Shown here: piece by piece, positions 11,321-24,505 of the stretch | How the letters are laid out: every line of letters begins with the position of its first letter | How positions within the stretch are numbered: position 1 is the first letter of the stretch | Origin: Octopus bimaculoides | Lineage: Eukaryota | Assembly: GCF_001194135.2 (NCBI RefSeq) | Contig: NC_068982.1 | Coordinates: 119,346,454 to 119,386,239, forward strand | Length of the DNA: 39,786 nucleotides | Direction: 5' to 3' | Notes under the pieces: model-generated | What the model was told of the DNA's origin: nothing | Databases searched by the model: none | What the model saw: only the letters and a program-made list of their open reading frames with translations | Made by a program: the position numbers and the translations under genes

Positions 11321-12428
11321 AGTGATCTGATGATGATTGGATCACGGGCTTTTTGAATTAAGCATTGTCTGATAACAGATTTTCTAACCGTGACTCTACA
11401 CCTTGTTTTCGTGTTCACATAATCGATGAGTACCATTTTAAAGACGTCGTTGTTTTTTATATTTGCAGAGTGCAATTTTAGAGGTTCGTGGATGCGTTTT
11501 CTAGGAAGCTGAGCTATCAGTGAGGTTATTGCATATTAGATTCTCTGATACACTTAATGTATGTATCGGGATTTCGCTCCCGTTTGGGCGCAATGCTATG
11601 AGTTACTGCAGAAACTAACTTCAAATTCTATCAAATTTCACGCTGAAAAAAATACTCTAAATAATATAAGCATAGTTACGTTATGTTTGAAAAACAAAAT
11701 AAGCGGGTCACAAGAGCAACGCATTTGCTTATTAATTAAAAACACGGTTACAATTTAAAAGCGCATAATTAAAATTAAGTAACAAACAAATCGGCATATA
11801 TAAAGATGTATATTTAATGATAGAAAGATAAACTTATTTGGAAAGGATCACTCTTGTATTCAGATAATTCACTTCTAGATATATTGAGTTTCATCTTATG
11901 CATTCAGATCTTTCACATTTTAACGGCACTTGCAGACCTAACTCGGCCATCAATGCCCTGCAGCAGTACACATTTGTTTCCAATTAGTCGCAAATATTGT
12001 GCATGTCTGATTGCCTCTAAATATCGATCCATTACTGTTAATCATACTAAATGGATTTTGTTATGAGAGAGAATTGAGAACTTTCCTTCCGGTAATATAT
12101 CGCAATTACTGTGGAAATTTCCATATCATAAGGTGAGGTCAATAACAGATAATAGGATAAGGTGATTAAATATTCATATATATTTTTTAATTTGTTACTG
12201 GAATTTGATAGCTTAACTTATGTTGCTTCTGACGCTTAGCGATATCTCTATTTCAGCAAGGGATTTATCCTCCCGTTTTCACTTCTCATGTTACTTTAGA
12301 TATTTATTTACTCAGCAATTAAAGCGTATAATCTATTGTGACGAACGTCTTTACTTAATGAAACGTTACTTACTATCGTTTACAATGAGCACTTGTCATG
12401 AATGATAGTATTAATACATCGTTTTCAG

Positions 12429-12483
12429 ACACCGCATTACGGGAGGACATTATTTAGTATGATATGGAGCACAGAATTTCATT
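12429..12483 (+). CDS. Candidate exon C (55 nt, phase 0->1): TPHYGRTLFSMIWSTEFH
   Basis: Acceptor tattaatacatcgttttcAG, donor ATT/GTAAGT; only one frame open; in phase with B. Confidence 0.45.
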
Positions 12484-13001
12484 GTAAGTAACTGACTGTG
12501 TAGCGTTGAATTATTCCTAAAATGTGTTACAAAAGTTCATAAATTGCCGTTGCCTTTTAATCGAAACCAACTCACTGAATGTGTTTGCTATCACCTTATA
12601 TTTTACTCTACGATTCGTTGAAAACTTGCCTTAGAGTTATGAATTTTATTGTGCATTGTCTTCAGACGCAAATATGTTTTCATACTGTACTCCTTCGCCT
12701 AAATCGTAAAGGTTTATAGTAAACCAAGTGAAGTAGGATATAAAAACGAAGAATAGTATTTAGTTACGACTTTTATGTTCTGTGTTCAAAATCTCGTCAA
12801 GAGAGATTTTGCAACTTAACAATATACACGAAATACGTAAGAGGCATGTAGTGAAGCTAATTTAAAACAGTTGGATTTGCTCCTAAATGGGCCTAATTTA
12901 GAAATTCTATGAGTTCTGATGAAACAATAATAAATTTACATTTGGTCGTCTAGACAATACATATCAATATATATGTATCAATATATCAATAACTACGGTT
13001 A

Positions 13002-13898
13002 GAGACTGTGATCAACAGAGTGCAGTTCCTCCACTCCTATTACATTAAACCCACAGCTTCGAAATACGTTGTTCACAAGGACTCAGCTTTGTTACACAAC
13101 ATGAAAATGAACATACTGATAGCAGACTTAGGATAATGAACAACGTGTCCCCACTATGCAAACCCCATGAAACGAAGTAACATGTACAGAACTTCATGCA
13201 CTGAATGCAATTCTCTGGATATGAACAGAAAAATAGGGTTTGAGTATACAGGGGTGCTAGAAAGTTTGATAACATTACATGTCATGATACCAGTGGTACC
13301 TGCCCTAGATATAGAAGCAAAGACTGGTATAGGATATAAAGTGCTTGTGACAAAGCAGAGTGAACAAGTGGTATAAAACCGATAAATATCAAGAAGTGAT
13401 TTTGGAGAAGCCACAGCCCATGGTGAATTAACTTGTAGATTTAGGAAAGCTCTGAAGGAGAACAAACTCAACATTAAGATTGTTGAAAAGCCAGGGAACT
13501 CCATCAGATCACAACTATGTAGGACGCACCCCCTTTTTAGAATACCATATGTACCAATGATAACTGCATGTATGTAGGATTAGCTTTGGCATTAAGAGTA
13601 GAACTAGAAATGTAGTATACAGCATAAAATGCATACAAGGTGCCTGTAGACATGAACATGACATAGGGGAGAAATCTAGGAGCATTGCGGAAAGACTAAA
13701 TGAACAGTTCAGACAATATGACCACAAAAACAGTCCTCCATATTCTATCAATATGCTAAGGAGCAACATAGAGGCAATCTGTTTCAACTTGACATCTGCA
13801 TTTTATCTAAACATCCATAGGGCCCAACACTCAGATAAATACAGGAGTACGTCCTCATAAATGAAACTTCCCCAGTACTGGATACGAAATACACGTAG
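13002..13898 (+). mobile_element. Decayed 5'-truncated Penelope-like element (RT thumb plus GIY-YIG), different subfamily from the other two
   Basis: Across frameshifts: YYIKPTASKYVVHKDSAL..MKMNILI; HVQNFMH*MQFSGYEQK; GELTCRFRKALKENKLNIKIVEKPGNSIRSQL; RTRNVVYSIKC...DIGEKSRSIAERLNE; IQEYVLINETSPVLDTK. Confidence 0.85.
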
Positions 13899-13974
13899 TA
13901 GATAATCATACCCCGGTACTCGCAGTTTATATTTATATACTGGTAGAATAGTTAGTGGGCTATCATAGAGACAG

Positions 13975-13975
13975 A

Positions 13976-14007
<32 letters not shown>

Positions 14008-14460
14008 GATGTGCGTATATGTGTATATATATATGCACATGTAGGTAGGTATATGGATTTGAAAGTAAACAGATAGATATACAGACGGAGAGGTACGTAC
14101 GTTATATGAACAGCCAAGCACATATACACAAATGAAGACTCAAATGCATGAGCATATACACACACACTTCACACAAGGACACATATGGAGATATACATCC
14201 ATACATACAGACACAGTACATAATCACAAAATCCCATACACACACACAGACACACTCAGGCATACACACACAAGGAGACAGAGGTACACACACGCACATG
14301 CAAATACACACACACATAAAAACACACAAACATATGAATATGCAGAATACATACATACATACATACATCCATACACGCAATTGCATGCATGCATACATAC
14401 ATACATACATACATACATACATGTGTATGCACACACACACTGACCTACACACATGCGCAC
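13975..14460. repeat. (GT)n, degenerate (AC)n and (ATAC)n low-complexity region
   Basis: Directly visible. Confidence 0.9.
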
Positions 14461-14640
14461 AAACAATAAAAAAGAGCAGCTTGAATAACGGACAGTCAAC
14501 AACTATTAAACAGGTTGCAAGACTCAACGAAAATTTTAGAAAAATAAATATGCAAATGAGTGGAAATTTTACTGGTGAGTGTGTTAAATTATAAGGCACT
14601 AAAAGAGAATGACTCTCCTCAGACATAATAGAATATATGA

Positions 14641-14850
14641 AGGCGGTGAGCTGGCCGAATCGTTAGCACGCGAAGCGAATTGCTTAGCGGTATTTCGTCT
14701 ATCTTTACGTTCTGAGTTCAAATACCACGAGGCTGACTTTGCTTTTCATCCTCTCGGCATCGATAAATTAAACATCAGCTGCGTACTGGGGTCGATGTTA
14801 TTGACTGGCCTCATCCCCAGAAATTTCGGGCCTTGTGCCTAGAAAAGAAT
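14641..14850 (+). mobile_element. tRNA-derived SINE (possibly Meta-domain type), best-preserved copy
   Basis: A-box-like tgagctggccgaatcg, B-box-like gagttcaaatacc, central gaggctgactttgcttttcatcctctcggcatcgataaattaa, tail aaatttcgggccttgtgcctagaaaagaat. The Meta-domain assignment is from memory. Confidence 0.8.
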
Positions 14851-17800
14851 ATATATCCATGTAAAATGTCCTGCATTGTGCTCTCAACTCTAGATGGTGT
14901 CATAATTGTGGAGGCGTGATGTAGACCATGTCTCAGAAATGTTTAGGTCTAATGGAACCCATAATTATTAAGGAGTCACTGAAGCTACTATTTTCTCTAA
15001 CATAAAGCACGCAAGAAAAAAAAAAAGAAAAGAAGCTTCTGCTGGATCTTTACTTCATGATTTGAAGACAAAACGTCCGAGGTATTGAAACCTGATGGCA
15101 GGGAGACAGAGCGAATACAGAAATATAATTTTTGTCAAGCCCAACTTACCAGGAATGTATTTTGACGCAAAAGTTTACGCAACACACTAAGTGGTATTAT
15201 ACATATTTTAAATGCAAATAGAAATAGAAATATGACGAACTCCACGTGTGTCGGTTCAAATCCATTCCCAATCTAATATTTCAATGTGATTCAGATCTGA
15301 ACATTATCCGACCATAGTTTCAATCAATGAATTTGTCCACCAGAAAATTCTAACCATTGTAATTTTTTCCTTGCGATGGACTGCCATGTTATTCCGGTAT
15401 ACATTAATCTTTTATCTCTTTAACGTGACGAAACTAAGAAATAAAACATCTGGTGCCGTAATAGATAGAATTTGACATTAAACTTTTGTAAACACGGTAA
15501 TAATGATGAAAATAATGATAACAATATTAGAAACAATATTTAAAACAGGAACGAGATCGCAGTATTTTGCGCTAAGGCAGTCGATTAAAATTTCCCCATG
15601 ATATGACTGGTATTTATATTTCATCCATAGAGGAATCATGTTAAGCAAGAGCTGACAGTGACACTTGTTAAACTCATAAAATCCCATGCTGTAATGTTAT
15701 TCTACAAAGCAGTTTGTCTGTTGCCTTAAAGATTACATGTAGATTACATCATGGTAATAATAGCAGGAAAAAATATCAGTCTTTCTTTTCCTCACAAAGA
15801 CGATAGTTCGTCGGACAAAATACTTCGCTCTATTTTATCTTATATTTCTTGTGCAATCAACTTTACAATTCATCCTTCCAGGTTCGATAAAATAACATAC
15901 AATGTACCATTCATCATTCATATGTTATAGCCGTTTTGCTTATAATTATGACTGTGATAAACTAAATACATAGAGTAAATTATAATTTGAATGTATTTGA
16001 GCTCTAACACACATTTCATTAATATATGTCATTTAGGATATAAGCATGTATAGTTTGTACAACATTTTTACGTGTGTATATATATATATATATATACATA
16101 TGTAGGTATATGTATATACATATATGATATATATGTGTGTGTGTGTGTATGTGTGAGTGTTAATAAATGCATATATGCATGTATATACATGTGTGTGTAT
16201 ATATATATGCATATATANNNNNNNNNNNNNNNNNNNNNNNNNNNNNNNNNNNNNNNNNNNNNNNNNNNNNNNNNNNNNNNNNNNNNNNNNNNNNNNNNNN
16301 NNNNNNNNNNNNNNNNNNNNNNNNNNNNNNNNNNNNNNNNNNNNNNNNNNNNNNNNNNNNNNNNNNNNNNNNNNNNNNNNNNNNNNNNNNNATATATATA
16401 TATATATATACTAACATATAAAATTATGTGCATGCATATGCATGTGCGTGCTTGCATATGTAACCCTCAAGCGATTCTTTATTAATCGTATTCTAATCAG
16501 TAAGTATTAGCTTGATGAATATTTATCTACTATCTTCCCATCTCATTACGTAAAATTGGTTATGTAAGTCAATTTGACAACCGACTTGCTTATGGCGATA
16601 TATAAATATTAGTTTATGTCGAAAACCGCAGAAATTTGAATTAACTATAGCATAAAAAACAAGTAATCAAATGGTATAAAATTTATCTAGAGAAATTAAT
16701 ATCAGTGGATATAGTATTAATGAAAGAAGTTGAATAAAATTTACTATCCAAATTGTAATATGAAGCAGTAATAACGAAGTTGAGTGTTATTTCGCTGAAG
16801 AAATATTTCATGATGTGGATAGAAATAAACGAATGTGTAAATTAAGAAGCGTAAATAATAGAAATAAAAGCAAAAAAAAAAAATTATTTGTATTTTAGAA
16901 GATTATCATTACAAATATATTACATAAAATATATTTTTTGTTTTTATTTTTTTCAGTTTTCTCACATCGTACGCATCTCTAACAACTCTCTTTTGCTGTA
17001 TCTCTTAAACTGTTCCGGAGTGTTTAGAAGGGCATTTTTGCAAACACTAAAAATATTTTATCATTGCGCAAGGCCATAGATTACAACTGCATCATCTCCA
17101 TTTTGTTATAGGTGCTTCGTGACCTTATAGCAATAACAAGCATACAATAACTTCGACCGTCAGCATTTAACAATCTAAAATTATTTCGCTATTCAAACAT
17201 TTTGGATCAGTATAAAATACGAACATTAAACAAATGCGTAATCTGAACATGTACAACTAGTTTTACATATCCTAAATTCAATACTCCATGAGATAAAATA
17301 TCACTGATAGTTATCTCTAAAATTGTGTTTATAACTTTCCCCCTCTCCCTAAGATGCATACATCGCACGTCGGTACTGTTTCCGACCGAGCTTAAACACT
17401 CCTTCCGTATGTATGATTGTATGTATGTGTCTCTGCATCTATTTTTACATACCCAAACAAATCTGTATGTATTATTTACATTTCGCTTCTGAGATTTTCC
17501 TGAATTGACACTCAATATATGAAATCGAAAATAAATTTTAAGATGAAAAAATGTTTTCTCTTAATATATTAAACTTCAAAGTGTTGTTTTCTTACGCTGC
17601 ACATCTCCATCTTCAAAGACTTTTGCCAAATAATACATTGTAATAAACAAACAGAAAATCAAAATTTAAAAACATATGTATTAAAGACTGTCGTAGGAAG
17701 ACAGAATGTGTTCGAAAGGAAATGATGTTCAGACATTCTTGCCAGTCCGTGGTTCCATCGTTCCGTTAACCACATATCCTCTGACTCTGATTTCAGTTTA

Positions 17801-18096
17801 CTTGTAAAAGTTAGCATTCACAAGAGGCTAACGCTAGTATCTTGTTTATCCCTTTTCAATTTAAGCTATAACGTATATAAGATAGATGTGGTAGCTACAT
17901 CTATGTTTCACCAAAAGAAGCAAATGCAGCATTGGTGAAAAGTAGTAAGAATTTCGAAAGTACAACTAGTATTATGTCAGGGAAGAATGATTCAACAACG
18001 TATAGGTCTCCTTAGGCTTCCATAGATGCTAGCGTTATCTATGAATCCGTAATCTATGCTACCGAAGGGTATACGCGCTAGTATTTAATATCATCA

Positions 18097-18340
18097 AGAC
18101 GGTGAGCAAGTAGAATCGTTTGTATGCCGGGGGAAACGCTTAGCGTCATTTCGTCCGTCCTCAATTCTAATCCCACCGAGGTTGACTTTGCCTTACATCA
18201 TTTGGGGTTGAGGGAAAAATATAAGAAGTTGAGCACTGGTGTCGATGTAACTGATTCACACCCTCTCCCAGAACATGCTAGTCGTGTATAGAAATTTGAA
18301 ACCGTTATTAAATATCTTCAAAGCGGCGAAATTGATGAAA
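18097..18340 (+). mobile_element. Decayed SINE of the 14641 family, followed by a second head fragment
   Basis: aagacggtgagcaagtagaatcgtt...cgcttagcgtcatttcgtccgtc...accgaggttgactttgccttacatc...gcactggtgtcgatgtaac. Confidence 0.75.
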
Positions 18341-20109
18341 TAAGTGCCCAGAGAGAAAGAATTCATTAGCGCGTTGAACAAAAATCTTAGTGACATATGT
18401 TACGCCTCTTAATGTACAGTTAAGAACATAAATAATACTTATGAAAATATATGTTTTTTTAAAAATCAAAATTAAGAGAACATGAATGATAAAATATCAA
18501 AAATAGGAAATGTGAAGTAATGAATACCTATGTGAAAGCAGTATGCGACTCAAAAGATAATACAGACAACTAAAATGAGAGTATGAAACGTGTGAACCTG
18601 GTAAACATAAACCTGAAAGATAGGTCTAACGCTTCGAAAATAAAGGAATCTCAAATCAGAAGATCAACATCCAGCACACCTAAAAATAAATCAACCAGTC
18701 TATTGACCCACAAATTCATTACGTCATCAAGTCAACGTACAACACCTGGTGACCTGCATGATAATCATGTTGTGTTTGATTTGGAAATTTTGTTGCGGTT
18801 ACACTGCTGTGTTTTACAAGTAATCCTCGTGTTGGTTATACATATATAATGAAGATAGAAAGATATGTCAATTTAAAACGACAGGCCTATGAGTGAAGCA
18901 CAAGAATCCTTAAAAAAGAAAGCTATTACAGTATACAAAACAGTCAATAAAGAAAACAGGAGAAAATGGAAATCGAAGGATGTTCGAGACAAAGGAAATC
19001 ATAATTAGGAAATCAAAGACTTTCCCATTATGATAACCGACAACAGTTCTTTGTTGAAAACAAATAGTTCGTTTCTGCTCAATTCAAAACGATTTTGACA
19101 AGATCTCGATCAAAGAAAGAAAAAATCTGGAATGATGCAGTTCCAGATTAAGGGGTGGGCGCAGTAGGATGTTTGTGTGTTAAGAGTGGAAAGATATTTG
19201 AAAGGAAATGTGGAACAAGATGCACATCACAAGGATACGAATGTAAGAAATACATATAAAATGACGTAGATATGGAATAAAGAAATGAGAAAGCATCTTT
19301 GAACAAAACGGAAATAAAATAAGACCAGTATGTTTGGGGATCGACCAAATCGACTCTAGCCTTCTTTCGTATTTATGACATATATTCAGTATTACTATAG
19401 CAACAATAAAAACAACTACAGCTGCTGATGCTGCTATTATTACTACTACTGCTAATGCATTTTTCTTTTTTCTCTTTTGTTTTTGCTGTTATTGCTCTAA
19501 TTGTTCTTCTTTGCGCCGACAAACGAGTTATTCGTCTCTTTCTGTACTGAAGGTTGTGTCACTAAATGGTAAACATTTTGCTAACATAATCTACACTGAT
19601 TCCAAAAAATACTGAATATGTGCATGTGAAGAACTATAGAACAACATCACCTACAACAACATTAACACCCTCGTCGTCACAAACTTCACTACCTCAAATA
19701 CTAAAAACACAAGTACAGCCTAATTCATAACCTGACCAACGACAAGCAGATCTTTCACAATACCGTAGAAATAGCATTTTATTACAAGTCGATACACACA
19801 AGTAGTAACAATGAAGGAATTACGTATTACATACATCAACACACATACATTATACATGATCACTACGTTCAACAAAAGAAAAACTGAAACAACCATAGCA
19901 TCACACATAAAATCGTTAAAACAAAACGGAACGCATACAAAATTTTGAAAATTAAATATCTGCATGAAAGGGATTTCTGAAAGAATATTTACAAGAAACA
20001 CAACAAAAACATACACGAAGAAATATCCGCAACTACAAATAATGGAAGCTATGTTTTTCCCGCTCCTGCATTTTCTCTATCGTTTCCTTTCACAGAATAA
20101 GCAGTATAA

Positions 20110-20760
20110 ATGAACATCGCCTGAAGTCGACTTGGAAGCAGAGCCACTTGTTCAACAACTTCAGGTCTCTAGATATACATGCTTTTCACATTAGTAAAAC
20201 TGGAATTTTCAAGGTACGAACATTCACACACACCTTCGGCAGCTGAAAAATATATGCAGCACCAAATCTCGCAGAGTCGTGAGATGGAATATCTGTGCCG
20301 TTCGGAGCGGTCTTGGTCTGGTGATATGGAGGAACTTCCTGAGCTCATAAATCAAGGAGATATTACTGGACGTGGCTTGGAAAAAAATCAAGGCTCAGAA
20401 ATATGTCTGTCTATACCTCATTGGGAATGTTTGACTAGGTTTCTTCTGATGCCTGGGGATCTTCCAAGGAAATCCCTTTTTGTTAGTGTTAATGGGTGAT
20501 CCGTGCATCATAGAAGCACTTTTGAATGCGTGGTTGTAGCTGATGGAATAGAACGCTACAGAGTCTTGCAAACCTGCTCAGGTATTTCCAGCTGTCTGAA
20601 AACTAATTCCTCCATTTCCAATGTGTACATTGGGACCTTCAGATCGTAATGAGATGGAATATAGAGTAGGATAGTAGAGAAGAACAGCAAGTGGATAGGA
20701 AATGTCTATAATCGAAAGCGGTCAGTTACACAGACCACATATTTGTAATTTGTTCGGGTG
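20110..20760 (+). mobile_element. Heavily decayed Tx1/L1-like LINE ORF2 3' end
   Basis: Frameshifted remnants resembling the C-terminal Cys/His region (DVAWKKI; CLTRFLL..DLPR; HRSTFECVVVAD; RWNI). By-eye match only. Confidence 0.4.
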
Positions 20761-20989
20761 AGCTAAAAAGAATTTATAAACTGAGGTGTAGTAACTAGTA
20801 ACTGTACGTCTTGTACGCGACACGCCATAATTACTAAGGTTGCATTCGCGATTTTAGCCAACCTGAACAATTGAAGTAGAAAAGATAACTTCAGGTAAAG
20901 AAATAGCGATAGAAAAAATTAAACTAGAGGGTAACCTAGTTAGAACCTGACGTCCTTGCGGCAAAATTGTCCCTCGATCCATTCTTCAA

Positions 20990-22780
20990 CACAAAGCATG
21001 AATGTTGCATTGTCAGAGCTAAAGTGTGTGATCTAAGACACAAAGTAATGAAAGCCCTTGGATAGGCTCGATGTATTGAGGCAGAACATAGTAGTAAATA
21101 CACAGTTCGGTCTTCAGTCTAGTATAATGAGAAGTGTTTTTTTTTTTTTTATTTCATAATATGTGTGGCTTTTTCAGTGACATTGCGCTAGACCTTTGAG
21201 CAAAGGCGGCAGACTGGAATTCAAAATGAACTTCATTGTCTCTTTTGATGGTTTGCCATGTCTCTTGGTACTGAAAATCGTTTATTTGAAAAAGCTGATA
21301 AAATTCAATGAAATACTAGAAGCAGTGAATTCCTGAACAAGACGCCTTGTTTGAATTACCTATTCTAAGAGCTTTAGTTTCTGTCTTTGCCTGTCACAGG
21401 TCCAGAGGTGAAGACGCATTTGTCAAAAGGCGATCACTCCTGTTGACTATGAAGTTTTCGTTAGAGATGTTACAGGCTCACTTTATATATTTGCATCATC
21501 AGCCATAGTATATCCAGTCATACGTTTAAATTGGTTAATCTTATCTTTCTCTCATACCACGTTCCTCTGAAATCGAGGGAAACCACACAATACCTACTGG
21601 AAGCCCGTGTAGGACCCCTCGATTGTACGTTACGGCATAGCAATGCTTCCTCGCAGACTGAGCTGCGCTTGAACATGTGAGATTTGTTCATTGATCTTAT
21701 GCACATTTTTATAACTGGCAGCAAAACAACTAAACTCATATTTCTGTGCCCCAAACTGTAGTGGTACACCTAAGAAAAGATCTGATAATGGGAGACCAAA
21801 CTACTAAATAACTACTAAATGCAGATGTCAAGATTTTCGCCAAGGAGTTAAACAAAAAGTTGATTCTTGCATTTGGTCTGCTCTGTGATGTGGAGGAAAA
21901 GGCATCTCGAACACATTTAACAATGATAATCTCTTTGTCGTAAGGTATGTCATGGAATTCCTATGTTACAGACGACTTAAGTAGCAGTCTCATCACTTAG
22001 ATCCATTGAAAGCCTTTGAATAGACTCGAACAACAATAATTAGTGGTCATTCTCACAGTAGACGGTTTACGTCTTCTTTGCAGAAGCTTGATCACTGCAA
22101 TGTACAGCGACATCATTTTAGTAGGGTGAATGACCATCATCTTAAAAATAATATTAATAATCATCCACTCGGTCATTTAAAGTTGCTCCCCTTGGTCCAT
22201 TATGTATGTACCTAAGCCAGAGCTACAACTGTAGAAAAAGAAACTTTAATGGGAAACCACGAAGGTAAGATGCGAAAGGTCTGTGTCTGAGAATGCAGAG
22301 AACATCAACGTCATTAACTCGAACAAAAAGCACATGAAAGTGATCAGCAACGCTTCAAGATTGTACAAAGCAGTAACATGATTCCCACAATCAGAAAATA
22401 TAAGTCAGTAGCTCCGCAGCTCGGTATATGGAGAGGTATGACTCCGCCGTACATTGTAGTCAAAGGGATGATGGACTAACTTGTTAAATCGCTCTGGCAT
22501 TGGTTTTCTCCTGAAGACCAGGTCGAGAAGACATTTTTATCAATAAATAGTATGAGGGGAAGTATCCATAAGAGGCATAACAGAGATTACTTACCCTGAA
22601 CGTCTGACCACAGCACCGTGTCACGAATCACCACCAAATGGACAGGGGCGTTTGCTCTTCAGCTTTTAAGAAATTTCTGACTGAATCAACGTATACAAGT
22701 CCCACGACATTTCAGGCACTGATGTCACAAATAGTCAGCAGACTAAAATGATTCTTGGTAAAAGAATTGGTATTAATATC
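20990..22780 (+). mobile_element. Decayed Tx1/L1-clade LINE ORF2 (endonuclease remnant plus RT)
   Basis: YWK (about 21592); LLNADVKIFAKELNKKL (about 21805); DNLFVVRYVMEF and KAFE (LDxxKAFD region); GCPLSP-like SC/PLGPL (about 22185); YADD-like VSENAENINVI (about 22285). Many stops and frameshifts; the endonuclease part is weaker. Confidence 0.75.
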
Positions 22781-22781
22781 T

Positions 22782-22838
<57 letters not shown>
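22781..22838. repeat. (AGAT)n microsatellite
   Basis: Directly visible. Confidence 0.97.
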
Positions 22839-22840
22839 CA

Positions 22841-23150
22841 TGAAGGCAACTGGCTAAGAGATAAGGTTATTCAGCTCAAGACCTTACGATCATGAGTGTG
22901 ATTGCCGTCAGCAAAACAATTTATTTCTTATTGCCTCAGTCCACTCAGCTGGAAAAAATAAGCTGTACCTGTAATTCAAAGTGCCAGCGTTTACACATTG
23001 TGTGTGACGCTGTATCTCTTTGCGAATTACGTTAAGCGTACGCTTGCCTGTGTAGAGCCCAGCCACCTGCACATTGATTTGACGAACAAGCTGTTCGGAT
23101 AATGGAATCAGCTACAACACTCGTAGTCGTAACCGAGGCAGGGTCAAACC
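22841..23150 (+). mobile_element. CORE-type tRNA SINE (octopus OR-like)
   Basis: tttatttcttattgcctcagtccactcagctggaaaaaataag...gcccagccacctgcacattgattt...ctcgtagtcgtaaccga; homologous to the reverse complement of 33171-33495. Confidence 0.75.
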
Positions 23151-23174
23151 GTATTTATAATCTTTTATTCTTTT

Positions 23175-23590
23175 ATTCTCTTACTTGTTTCGGTCATGTG
23201 ATTATGGCCATACTGGAGCACCGCCTTTAGTCGAACAGATCGAACCCTGGACTTATTCGTTAAGATTGGTACTTATTCTATTGGAACATTTTGCCGAACC
23301 GCTCAGTTACGGAGACAAACACAGACACAAGCACGCGCGCGCACATACGCATACACACACGCACACATATGCACACACACACACGCATATATATATACGA
23401 CGGTCCACACACACACACATACATATTATTATACGACGGTCTTATTTCAGTTTCCATCTATCAAATCCACTCACAAGGCTTTGGTCTGCACGAGGCTATA
23501 GTAGAAGACACTGACCGAAGTTGCTACGCAGTAGCACTGAATCCGGAACCATGTGGTAGGGAAGCAAGCTTCTTACCACGTCTGTGCCTA
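23175..23590 (-). mobile_element. CORE-type SINE of a second family, with internal (AC)n
   Basis: tttcagtttccatctatcaaatccactcacaaggctttgg...tagtagaagacactgaccgaag..gctacgcag..ctgaatccggaaccatgtgg is the reverse of a tRNA head plus CORE-like region. Confidence 0.7.
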
Positions 23591-24274
23591 TACATGTTTA
23601 TATATATATATAACGAGGGAGAGAGAGAGAGTGTTGCAATGAATCAAAGTGAAAGTGACAAAGTGTGCAGGAGGGAAGGGGAAAGGAAAAAACATTAAAT
23701 GGAACGATAGTACAAGCGTTATCAACGAAGTTTATGATAGACAGAAGACAGAAGAGAGCAATCGAAAAGAGGAGGACATTGAAAAATAAAGCCGAACATC
23801 AATATAAGAACAAATGCAAATTTTATTTTGACAAAATAATCTAAGGCTTTCGTTATTTAAATGAGTATAGTTAAAACATTTGTCTAAAACGAAAGAAAAC
23901 TTCTAAGTAATTTCACAAATATTCTTACAATATTTCAAACAAAAAGTTTATAATTACGTAATTTTAAAGAAAATAATTGAATACAGCGGTAGAGAGATGG
24001 GGAAAGAGAGAGAAGCAAAGAAATGAGGAAAGAAAGAAAGAAATAGAGATGTTGCTGTGAATAATGATGAGCTTCGTGATTGAAGTGTGTTAGTGAATGT
24101 TCAATAATGAAAGTAACTACAAAACCATATTTTGATAAGAATATATATTAGAATTTTTAAGCATTTTGACGACAATGCAGACTGTAATAATTGCTTTCTT
24201 TTAGTAAAAGCTACATTTTTCGAACTAATTAATAAGCAGCTTTCGCCATTATAGTATAGATTATTCTGGGTCTG

Positions 24275-24352
24275 TATTGTCTGAATTTAAATACAGCCGA
24301 GGTCAACTTTGTCATTCATTTATCCGGCATCGGCAGAATAAAGAACCACTAT
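24275..24352 (+). mobile_element. SINE fragment (14641 family, central domain)
   Basis: gtctgaatttaaatacagccgaggtcaactttgtcattcatttatccggcatcgg. Confidence 0.55.
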
Positions 24353-24411
24353 AAGGCAAAAATTTATTGACTAAAGCAACAAATTTCCGGTTTTGTCCTT
24401 ATTTTACAACT

Positions 24412-24435
24412 TACTACTACTACTACTACTACTAC

Positions 24436-24483
<48 letters not shown>

Positions 24484-24505
24484 CAGTAGTAGTAGTAGTA
24501 GTAGT
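24412..24505. repeat. (TAC)8 fused to (TAG)n, an inverted trinucleotide microsatellite
   Basis: Strand switch at actagt (24434-24439). Confidence 0.97.

Noticed and set aside
14514-14574. Exon-like segment with GTGAGT donor (VARLNENFRKINMQMSGNFTG)
   Set aside because: Weak acceptor, and phase 0 start is incompatible with exon C (phase 1).
14102-14626. Several 100-170 aa ORFs on both strands
   Set aside because: AC/GT/ATAC low-complexity artefacts.
19640-20040. A/C-rich region with a possible LINE endonuclease start (ELRITYIN)
   Set aside because: Too little motif support across multiple stops.
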